DNA of 6,250 bases. It comes from a virus. Under the pieces are notes generated by a model. The model was given only the letters and a program-made list of their open reading frames with translations, had not been told where the DNA came from and ran no database searches. A program made the position numbers and the translations under genes. This document shows positions 1 through 5,983 of the stretch, piece by piece; positions within the stretch are counted from its first letter, which is position 1; each line of letters starts with the position of its first letter. Location: IMG/VR virus record IMGVR_UViG_3300010385_000053, one strand, 5' to 3'.

Positions 1-250
1 TTATTCTTGCACTGTGTAAAAGTGATGAAATAACAATTAAACCTGATATAGCTTGAAACAGGATTATGAAAGCTGAAAAGCTAAAGCAAAGGCTTTGGCC
101 TGTAGTAAGTACAATGCATTTTTCTTCTGGTAGTTCGGCATTGGGTAGCCAGTCATCATATTTATCTGCGTACTGGCTAAGGTTAACTATTTCTTTAGGT
201 ATTTCAGAACCAGCAATAGGAACACAATCAGCAGCACCCCCTTCACAATC
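1..250. repeat. Terminal redundancy, copy 1 (identical to 6001-6250). It is a circular-permutation or concatemer overlap, not a biological repeat.
   Basis: Base-by-base comparison of lines 1-250 and 6001-6250 shows no mismatch. The repeat lies inside a continuous coding frame. Confidence 0.95.
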
Positions 251-1519
251 TCCACCGCCCTCACCTTCGCCATCACCGCCACCATTACCACCACCACTAC
301 CGCCACCGCCACCAATGGGTTTATCGGTTAAAATCTGGTTACCTTCTCTAACAGCGGAAATTAAATCATTCATTTTTGATGCCTTAACAGCTTCAAGTTT
401 GTCATTTTTTTGAAGGCCAACGAATACAGTAGTATGAAAATCATCAATAGCAGTTTTTAAAACATTGGTGTTATTGGTGGCCGTATCGACCATTTTATTA
501 TGTAACTTGTTATCATTTTCAATTTGAACTTGTGTGTTATTAGACTGCTCTTTTATTAAGTTTCGCAACATACAGGCATTATCATCACTGGCGCAATCTT
601 CAAGATCCTTTTTAGGTTTTTCTGTTTCATCCTCTTTACTACCATCATTATTAGCATCATCATCTTTATCGGTTGGCGGTGCTGGTTCATTATTACAAAA
701 CATAATGGTAACGCCATCAACGGTATTAGTTTCACACTGGCCTTCGTCACCTTCATCAGATAACTTTTTATTATCATATGGTTTATCACCACAAGCAGCA
801 CCTTGAGAAACACCCAGTGCATACTGGTCAGAAGTTACATTTTCAGATTTTACAGAATATGCACACCCATCATTGCAGTACATACCACCGCCATCAAAAG
901 GAACACCACCAGTCATTTTACTAGAATATAAATCCTCGCCAGAACCAGCAGCAGGACATTCCTTAGGCATACATGAATCAGAACCCATAGCCTTTGAAAC
1001 AGCCTTAGAATGATAACCAGCTGGGCAATCTTTTTCTGGCTCTGGTTCATCTTCAAGTGATTTTGCACACATTAATGAACCATCATTTTGCGGGTCAGAA
1101 TAATAAGAGTGAATATGTTTTGGTGCGCCATTTGGAGGACAAGATTTTAACTCAACAACACCGTAATCATTATAAATATTAAAGTTTTTAGGGTTGCGGC
1201 AACCACGAGCAGGATCAAAAGACGAACCACAGTGAACATATTTAAACGTAAAACGCACAGTATCATCATTAATTTTTTTTGATGTGACACCTGAATCTGA
1301 GACATATCTACTACTTGATATACGATCATCAATAGCACGTTGAAATGCTGATTCACAGTGAGCAACGGTATCAGTAATGCGACCGTAGGGCCCAAAACAT
1401 TTATTTTTGACCTCTTCTGATTTAGGGGTTAATAAATTATCTAAATCTAGTCCAGTAGCATGAGAATCAGAAACAAAAAAAGCGCTCGTTAGCGCCAATA
1501 TATATATTAGTAATCGCAT
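1..1519 (-). CDS. pIII-like minor coat / host-adsorption protein, 511 aa in total. This segment holds codons 1-506 and the first base of codon 507. The frame runs off position 1 and continues across the circular junction to the TAA at 5984-5986.
   Basis: Manual translation from the ATG at 1519-1517 (AAGG lies 7 nt upstream) found no stop down to position 1. The N-terminus MRLLIYILALTSAFFVSDSHA/TG looks like a signal peptide. About 20 Cys are spread through the N-terminal two thirds. There is an acidic linker (DKDDDANNDGSKEDETEKPKKDLED) and a Gly-rich linker GGGGGSGGGNGGGDGEGEGGGD at 248-313. The C-terminus is a hydrophobic anchor (LCFSFSAFIILFQAISGLIVISSLLHSARIIAGAI). The gene sits between the major coat and pVI-like genes. 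Confidence 0.8.
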   Translation of the reverse strand, partial: MRLLIYILALTSAFFVSDSHATGLDLDNLLTPKSEEVKNKCFGPYGRITDTVAHCESAFQRAIDDRISSSRYVSDSGVTSKKINDDTVRFTFKYVHCGSSFDPARGCRNPKNFNIYNDYGVVELKSCPPNGAPKHIHSYYSDPQNDGSLMCAKSLEDEPEPEKDCPAGYHSKAVSKAMGSDSCMPKECPAAGSGEDLYSSKMTGGVPFDGGGMYCNDGCAYSVKSENVTSDQYALGVSQGAACGDKPYDNKKLSDEGDEGQCETNTVDGVTIMFCNNEPAPPTDKDDDANNDGSKEDETEKPKKDLEDCASDDNACMLRNLIKEQSNNTQVQIENDNKLHNKMVDTATNNTNVLKTAIDDFHTTVFVGLQKNDKLEAVKASKMNDLISAVREGNQILTDKPIGGGGGSGGGNGGGDGEGEGGGDCEGGAADCVPIAGSEIPKEIVNLSQYADKYDDWLPNAELPEEKCIVLTTGQSLCFSFSAFIILFQAISGLIVISSLLHSARI

Positions 1520-1533
1520 GGGAGCGCCTTGTT

Positions 1534-1605
1534 TTAATCATCGAAAAGTATATAAAGTGCTAAAAGTCCTGAGACAATTAGCACTGTGTCTAATGTGATG
1601 AACAT
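1534..1605 (-). CDS. 23-aa hydrophobic micro-ORF (MFITLDTVLIVSGLLALYILFDD), a candidate pVII/pIX-type minor virion-tip protein.
   Basis: Its ATG at 1605-1603 overlaps the major-coat TAA (1607-1605) as TAATG, and its TAA is at 1536-1534. It encodes a single hydrophobic helix with an acidic tail. It fills the otherwise empty gap between the coat and pIII-like genes. It falls below the ORF-track size cutoff. Confidence 0.5.
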   Translation of the reverse strand: MFITLDTVLIVSGLLALYILFDD

Positions 1606-1826
1606 TAGCTAAAAATAGTACCTTTAAGCCATTTCCAACCAATAGCAACAAAACCAGCAGTTAAAAATACACCACCAATTAAGTTAGCGTTATCAGTAAA
1701 AAACGCTTGGAACTGGGTAGTTGCAGCGGTAACTTCAGCAGCAGCTTCAGCAAATGCAGAACCAGAAACAACAGCAGTAACTAAAACACCAGCTTTTGCT
1801 AACTTACCTTTAAATATATTTTTCAT
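1605..1826 (-). CDS. Major coat protein precursor (pVIII/Cep-like), 73 aa.
   Basis: The 26-aa signal peptide MKNIFKGKLAKAGVLVTAVVSGSAFA is followed by a 47-aa mature peptide. That peptide has an acidic N-terminus (EAAAEV..D), a hydrophobic core (LIGGVFLTAGFVAIGW) and a basic C-terminus (KWLKG). There is a strong SD (TAAGGAAAATAACATG). The gene lies upstream of the pIII-like gene. Confidence 0.85.
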   Translation of the reverse strand: MKNIFKGKLAKAGVLVTAVVSGSAFAEAAAEVTAATTQFQAFFTDNANLIGGVFLTAGFVAIGWKWLKGTIFS

Positions 1827-1841
1827 GGTTATTTTCCTTAT

Positions 1842-2039
1842 TTAAAAAACCATTTTTCTAAGTTTCTTCCACCCATAAGAGATAAGAAGAACAACGATGA
1901 TTGAGGGAGCAACTTCAGTTTGAAATGTTTCCCAATCTAGCGGAACTGGAAGAGGATTATGAACAACCTCCAATTCCACAGGACACTGTTTATCAACAGG
2001 CTTAACTGGACAGATTACGACATATTCGTAATTAGCCAT
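1842..2039 (-). CDS. 65-aa small membrane-anchored protein with no signal peptide. It occupies the position of CTXphi psh and is a possible minor coat or assembly protein.
   Basis: The N-terminal half is Pro/Cys-containing and acidic. It is followed by the hydrophobic stretch APSIIVVLLISYGW and the basic tail KKLRKMVF, a coat-protein-like charge layout. The gene is packed tightly between the ssDNA-binding and coat genes. Confidence 0.55.
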   Translation of the reverse strand: MANYEYVVICPVKPVDKQCPVELEVVHNPLPVPLDWETFQTEVAPSIIVVLLISYGWKKLRKMVF

Positions 2040-2041
2040 GA

Positions 2042-2389
2042 TTAACCGCCGAATGAATCTTTAAAGTGTTTTTTTAATTCCATGTCTACAGGTATCAATT
2101 CAACAACTTCATTATCAAAAGTTTGGTCGTTAAATGAAAAACGTAGGTCATAGGACTTATCAGCAACAAAAGCACGACTGTCTATTAGTTTGTGTGCATA
2201 TTCATTATTTATTGCAATTGGCTCTTTACCGAAAGGCGTTGAAGTAGTTTTACCAGCGGCCTTACGTTTAAACTTTGGTGAATTAACATCATCCAAAGGG
2301 TATAAAACTTCGATAATAGCGCGCTCAACATCAGGGTTTTTAGACTCTGGAAAGCTTGTGATTGAAATACCAGCGATAACAATAGCCAT
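2042..2389 (-). CDS. Putative ssDNA-binding protein (pV/RstB position), 115 aa.
   Basis: It lies immediately downstream of Rep, with TAA and ATG adjacent. An AAGGAG SD is embedded in the end of the rep gene. Its size and position are typical of the inovirus ssDNA-binding gene. I recognised no diagnostic motif. Confidence 0.5.
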   Translation of the reverse strand: MAIVIAGISITSFPESKNPDVERAIIEVLYPLDDVNSPKFKRKAAGKTTSTPFGKEPIAINNEYAHKLIDSRAFVADKSYDLRFSFNDQTFDNEVVELIPVDMELKKHFKDSFGG

Positions 2390-3550
2390 TTAATAGCTCC
2401 TTAATTGTTCAGTTAAAATATTTTTGTATATGTTAGGAATATCTAAAGATTTCCCCGTTATGTATTTATCAGGAACTATTAAACCTAAAACAGTTTTAAT
2501 ATCTCCCTCAGTAATTTCTAAAATATCAGCAAGGGCTTTACCACACATTCGCCTTACCCACTTAACTCTACTAGCTAAATCGGTAGCAGCCGTTGATGCC
2601 TTTGGAGAAGTTGAAGTATGAACACCTTTTGAATTAATCATCTGTTGAGAAAAATCACAGATACCGGCAAAAGTAGAATCAGGATCTAATAAACAGTCTA
2701 CAGTCCACTTTTTAAGTTCAACTTCATTTCGATACCAAGTAAGAGATTCCTCTTCTATACCTTGCTCTAATTTTTTATCATATATGCGCCAATAAACAGG
2801 GCTAGTACGTTTACCGACAGTGGTCATTTCAACATCAAATTCACCATGAATATTGAAAGAGTGACGCGGGGCCATAGTTGGGTTAGGCCCACCCTTTTTA
2901 CGGGCGAATGCTTTTTGGAAAAAATTCTTTTCAGCGTTGGTGCAATTAAAAACGTTGTCATAACAATCACGAGCAATATCTACACGAGAAAGGAAACTAA
3001 CTGTTAAAACCTTAGATAGCCAGTGGTGAAGAATGAAAGGTGTAGTATGAGACCACAAGTGCTTGCAACCTTCACCCGAAATTTGAAAGTAAACAGTATC
3101 TCGTTGACCACCAATACCAACAAAACCGACCTTAGTCCCCTCTTGAGTGACTAAATTCATAGAGTTGTTATAACCATGAAAACCTTTATCCCTTGGAGCT
3201 GATAACTCAAAACCAAGAACAAAACGACTAAAAACACCTAAAGTATTAATATAAAAATCAGACATTTTAGAATTAAGACGTTGTTTTTGAATTTCAATAG
3301 CCGTTAAGACTTCATCAGAAGTTAAGCCTTCAGTTTTAAAATCATCGGTAATAGTAGGAACGTCAGGGAATAGCGTTTGACTATCTACTGTTGAGCCAAT
3401 AAAACCAGCTCGCTTACAATGACGTAAATCAGAAAGACCAAAACTAAAAGATAAATGATCAATGATAGTCTGGTTTTGTTCATGTTTTTTAAATCGCTCC
3501 AAACGATTATTAATCAACTGAGTGGCTCTATCCGTATAGTCGTAATTCAT
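2390..3550 (-). CDS. Rolling-circle replication initiator of the Rep_trans type (RstA-like), 386 aa.
   Basis: Three motifs read as characteristic of the Rep_trans replication-initiation-factor family. They are FQISGEGCKHL, LSRVDIARD and VGKRTSPVYWRIYDKKLEQG....WYRNEVELKK (the conserved RxYDK...E and RxExE block). It is the first large gene of the operon. Confidence 0.8.
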   Translation of the reverse strand: MNYDYTDRATQLINNRLERFKKHEQNQTIIDHLSFSFGLSDLRHCKRAGFIGSTVDSQTLFPDVPTITDDFKTEGLTSDEVLTAIEIQKQRLNSKMSDFYINTLGVFSRFVLGFELSAPRDKGFHGYNNSMNLVTQEGTKVGFVGIGGQRDTVYFQISGEGCKHLWSHTTPFILHHWLSKVLTVSFLSRVDIARDCYDNVFNCTNAEKNFFQKAFARKKGGPNPTMAPRHSFNIHGEFDVEMTTVGKRTSPVYWRIYDKKLEQGIEEESLTWYRNEVELKKWTVDCLLDPDSTFAGICDFSQQMINSKGVHTSTSPKASTAATDLASRVKWVRRMCGKALADILEITEGDIKTVLGLIVPDKYITGKSLDIPNIYKNILTEQLRSY

Positions 3551-3741
3551 TATATAGCACCTTCAGATACTAATTGGCGGTAATTAGAATTAGTAATCTC
3601 AACTGTTTTACAATCAAACTCATGTAAAACCCAAACACGAAACTGGTACATATTATCGAAATAGTCATACACGCGAACACCATCTAAGTCATAAGTAACC
3701 TGAACACCCGCTTGTTTGTTATTTTCGTAATACACAATCAT
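3550..3741 (-). CDS. Hypothetical 63-aa protein, first ORF of the replication operon.
   Basis: The ORF exactly fills the space between the promoter region and rep. Its TAA (3552-3550) overlaps the rep ATG (3550-3548) as TAATG. The protein is rich in aromatic and beta-branched residues. No convincing SD lies upstream, which lowers confidence. Confidence 0.45.
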   Translation of the reverse strand: MIVYYENNKQAGVQVTYDLDGVRVYDYFDNMYQFRVWVLHEFDCKTVEITNSNYRQLVSEGAI

Positions 3742-3859
3742 TTCTAAGTTTCTAAGACAGTCAATTTGTAAGTAGATTAGTTTCTAGCAATCCAAAAGTC
3801 AACAATGAACGTAATAATTGTTTATAATTAAGAAATTTCAACAATACAAAGGGTAAATA
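3741..3859. promoter_or_regulatory. Divergent promoter/operator region between the replication operon (-) and the regulator gene (+).
   Basis: On the minus strand, TTGACT (3802-3797) is followed by a 17-nt spacer and TAATCT (3779-3774). On the plus strand, TCAACA (3799-3804) is followed by an 18-nt spacer and TATAAT (3823-3828), so the two -35 boxes overlap. Tandem TTTCTAAG repeats lie at 3741-3748 and 3749-3756. A third partial copy, TTTCTAG, lies at 3781-3787 inside the minus-promoter spacer. Confidence 0.5.
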
Positions 3860-4051
3860 ATGCCAACAAAGCACATAGACGATATAACGTGGCGCAAGGT
3901 TGAAAAGGAATTAGTAAAGGCGGTTGTATCAACACAAACGTCAATCAAGGATGTAGATATATTAAAAATACTTATAAACGTAGGTATAAAAAACATAGAT
4001 AAAAGTGATTATAAGGAACTGACAAAAAGAAAGAACAAGCCTGAGAGTTAA
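3860..4051 (+). CDS. Small divergently transcribed DNA-binding regulator or repressor candidate (RstR position), 63 aa.
   Basis: It is the only plus-strand gene. The SD AAAGGG lies 6 nt upstream of the ATG, a TATAAT promoter lies upstream, and an intrinsic terminator follows directly. The sequence pattern is a short N-terminal strand (KHI), helix (DDITWRKVEKELVKAVV), turn (STQTS), helix (IKDVDILKILINVGIKNI) and then a basic tail, which is compatible with a ribbon-helix-helix fold. Confidence 0.55.
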   Translation: MPTKHIDDITWRKVEKELVKAVVSTQTSIKDVDILKILINVGIKNIDKSDYKELTKRKNKPES

Positions 4052-4070
4052 GGTTTAGTTGAGAGTTATA

Positions 4071-4100
4071 CCCCGTAATACAGTTACGGGGTTTTTTTTT
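4071..4100 (+). terminator. Rho-independent terminator of the regulator gene.
   Basis: A perfect 8-bp stem pairs CCCCGTAA (4071-4078) with TTACGGGG (4084-4091). The loop is 5 nt (TACAG) and is followed by T9 (4092-4100), 20 nt after the stop codon. Confidence 0.85.
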
Positions 4101-4327
4101 GACTTCCCAGCAAACACAGTGAGGGGCTCGGTGCTCGCCCTTCTCTCTGTGTTTTTGCTGTTGGGAATTTTAAGAGAAAAGAGAAGTTTATCAGAGGGGC
4201 AATTTAATTTTATTTTCATTAACTGGCTATGTGCAGCCATAAGAAAGCCGATGTCGGTTAGCTGGTTTGGGTTTCCGCTTCGCTATCGGCTGTCGCCAAG
4301 TAAATATTATAATATAGAATTCAAATA
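4101..4327. other. Large structured intergenic region: candidate replication origin(s), packaging signal or attP.
   Basis: It is non-coding and lies between convergent gene ends. It is locally much more G+C-rich than the rest of the genome, with 26 of 40 bases G/C at 4101-4140. A bulged hairpin spans 4108-4160: a 12-bp outer stem with a 2-nt bulge, a 7-bp inner stem and the 9-nt loop TCGGTGCTC. GAGGGGC occurs twice (4121-4127 and 4194-4200). A 15-nt purine run lies at 4172-4186. A small hairpin pairs TGGCT with AGCCA (4224-4239). A 7-bp stem pairs AGCCGAT with ATCGGCT (4246-4252 / 4285-4291). The palindrome ATATTATAATAT lies at 4304-4315. Confidence 0.6.
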
Positions 4328-5674
4328 CTAGAATTGATGAAGAAATATCTTTGTATCTTTAAACTTTAGTATGGGCAAATCTTCATTTAGGTAAATGAAA
4401 TAACCTAATTTCTCTAAGTAGTTCGAGCTTAGAAGAATAACTTCAGGCTCCTTTATTTGCTCACTTCTGGTTTGCTCTTCATCATCCTTTGTTGTAAAGC
4501 TAATAGCCTTTTGCTTTTCAACCTCTTGCCCAGTAACACAATTTATATAGTGCTCAACTTCCAAAATACCATTAGTACGTTTCAACTGATAACCACCATA
4601 TTCATAACTTTTACAAAGCTCATTCAATGGGTGTTTAAACTTAGTTGTTTTAAACTGGATGTTTTCGACCTCTTTGGTTTGACTGGGTAATGACTTAGGT
4701 GCAATGGCCTGTTGCTCTGAGTCATTTATTTTTGATTCCGGTTCATCAGAAGTAAGCCCTAAACTAACAAGTAATGTGTAAAACAAATAAATAATAAACG
4801 GTATCAACAAAAGCATTAGCATTAATTTAGGCGGCATCTTAAATTTAGCTGTATGCTCATCCGCAGACCAATAGACACCATAAAAATTAGAGTCGCGCTT
4901 AATGGCTTTGGTAACACATTTTTCTAAATCACCTGAATAATCGGTACTAAATTGCTTATCCCTAGAAAAACGAGTGATAACAGCCCCGCCCATTGGTCTA
5001 AAATAATGAACGTGCATACCAGTACATTTTTGAATAACAGCATCTAAAAAAGTATAGTGCTGGGTTACTAAGTGGATATCAACCCCGCTATGCCTATGCT
5101 TTTGAAATTGAGTGTAATAATAAGGACGCTTGGCACTGTTTGCCATTGGTGGAAAGTAGTCTTGGCACTCGTCAAACAAAGCTATAGAGCCGTTAGGCAG
5201 TTCAGGCCATCTAGTTGGGTCATCGGTATGCGTCCAGTGGTAATTTAAAAGCTTAATAGTTTCAACCGTTGGGTTTTCAGATTCTTCTAAAAACAAATCT
5301 AAGGCTTTTAAGTTTGATTTTGGATAGCACTTCCTACACCAAGAAACAAACAGATCAATAACTGACTGTTCAGAATAGCGAGCATAGTTAGGTGCTAACC
5401 AAGGAACATCTGAAACATCAACCAAACGTGCTTCAGCATGAACAGTTTTTATTATCTTTTTATAGCGCCCCACCTTAGGTGAGTTTTGAATAGATGGGTA
5501 ATAATAACCATAAAAAAACCCCTGAAAACTATTACAAAAATCTAAGTCCAATAAGAAAGCTTTAATATTATTATAATATTTAGGCTTTTGTGTAACCGCA
5601 GGATCATTACATATTTCTTTAAGGGAATTTAGAGTTTTGCCCGCGCCTGGTACTCCAGTTCTTAAGTAAATCAT
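4328..5674 (-). CDS. zot: Zot/pI-family phage assembly NTPase, 448 aa.
   Basis: The N-terminal Walker A is MIYLRTGVPGAGKT and the Walker B is IALFDECQ. A single transmembrane segment (LMLMLLLIPFIIYLFYTLLVSLGL) lies around residues 285-309, followed by a C-terminal domain of about 140 aa. The start overlaps the pVI-like stop as ATGA (5674-5671), and TAAGG lies 8 nt upstream. Confidence 0.85.
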   Translation of the reverse strand: MIYLRTGVPGAGKTLNSLKEICNDPAVTQKPKYYNNIKAFLLDLDFCNSFQGFFYGYYYPSIQNSPKVGRYKKIIKTVHAEARLVDVSDVPWLAPNYARYSEQSVIDLFVSWCRKCYPKSNLKALDLFLEESENPTVETIKLLNYHWTHTDDPTRWPELPNGSIALFDECQDYFPPMANSAKRPYYYTQFQKHRHSGVDIHLVTQHYTFLDAVIQKCTGMHVHYFRPMGGAVITRFSRDKQFSTDYSGDLEKCVTKAIKRDSNFYGVYWSADEHTAKFKMPPKLMLMLLLIPFIIYLFYTLLVSLGLTSDEPESKINDSEQQAIAPKSLPSQTKEVENIQFKTTKFKHPLNELCKSYEYGGYQLKRTNGILEVEHYINCVTGQEVEKQKAISFTTKDDEEQTRSEQIKEPEVILLSSNYLEKLGYFIYLNEDLPILKFKDTKIFLHQF

Positions 5675-5982
5675 GGCGCAGACCTTACACCCAATTTAGT
5701 AACAGAACCCGCACTTGTTAAACCGCGAATAGTTAAAGCAGCAGCATAAGAACCAAGCATTATTCCAACTGCAATATCCAATTTTGCATATTTTAAAACA
5801 GCTATTATTTCAACTGGCAAACCTGAAGCATTTGCTGCAATCAACTGGTAAACATAATCAATCCCAAACTGACCTAGTTCATAAGTTACATAGCCAAACC
5901 CCAAACCCACTAAAACCTTAGAAACTAAACTAGGAAGTAAAGCGGCAAGGCTAACGAAAAAAGTTTGTAATAATAAAGGCAT
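5671..5982 (-). CDS. pVI/Ace-like minor coat protein, 103 aa, with several hydrophobic segments.
   Basis: It lies between the pIII-like and Zot-like genes. The sequence is highly hydrophobic (MPLLLQTFFVSLAALLPSLVSKVLVGLGFGYV...). I chose the ATG at 5982-5980 because AGGAG (5996-5992) lies 9 nt upstream. The ORF track's TTG at 6000 would overlap the pIII-like gene by 17 nt. Confidence 0.7.
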   Translation of the reverse strand: MPLLLQTFFVSLAALLPSLVSKVLVGLGFGYVTYELGQFGIDYVYQLIAANASGLPVEIIAVLKYAKLDIAVGIMLGSYAAALTIRGLTSAGSVTKLGVRSAP

Positions 5983-5983
5983 A

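Noticed and set aside
1-250. Terminal repeats as LTRs, IS ends or true phage direct terminal repeats.
   Set aside because: The repeat is direct and exact, and it cuts through a coding frame that only closes on circularisation. Inoviruses have circular ssDNA genomes. It is therefore an overlap artefact or concatemer unit boundary.
66-413. Plus-strand 115-aa ORF with a striking poly-Pro/Ser tract (PPPSPSPSPPPLPPPLPPPPP).
   Set aside because: It is the antisense shadow of the Gly-rich linker (GGT/GGC codons read as ACC/GCC/CCA) inside the continuous 511-aa minus-strand pIII-like gene. It has no SD or promoter context.
1231-1259. dif-like sequence on the minus strand, TGTGCGTTTTA-CGTTTAA-ATATGTTCACT. 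By hand count it matches about 7/11 and 8/11 positions of the XerC and XerD arms of E. coli dif.
   Set aside because: The match is only partial, the spacer is 7 nt, and the site lies inside the pIII-like coding sequence, where integration would split an essential gene. It is likely a chance match in AT-rich DNA. It needs a scored XerCD-site search.
534-1395. Track ORFs 534-806 (+), 556-822 (-) and 1147-1395 (-).
   Set aside because: All lie inside the pIII-like gene in other frames or on the other strand. Their low-complexity M/I/L/V-rich translations are typical of off-frame AT-rich sequence.
2190-2621. Plus-strand ORFs 2190-2393 and 2424-2621.
   Set aside because: They are antisense to the well-supported ssDNA-binding and Rep genes and lack ribosome-binding sites.
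4232-4259. Weak dif-like arrangement in the intergenic region, TGCAGCCATAA-GAAAGC-CGATGTCGGTT.
   Set aside because: Only about half of each arm matches the dif consensus, which is not distinguishable from chance by eye.
4317-4322. GAATTC (EcoRI site) next to the AT palindrome.
   Set aside because: A single 6-mer restriction site has no biological implication.
4055-4331. ORFs 4055-4240 (-) and 4059-4331 (+) in the intergenic region.
   Set aside because: Both run straight through the intrinsic terminator and the hairpins. The plus ORF needs a TTG start with no SD. The region is better explained as structured non-coding DNA. A small peptide cannot be fully excluded.
4457-4690. Plus-strand 77-aa ORF.
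   Set aside because: It is antisense to the Zot-like gene, with a leucine/phenylalanine-rich shadow translation.
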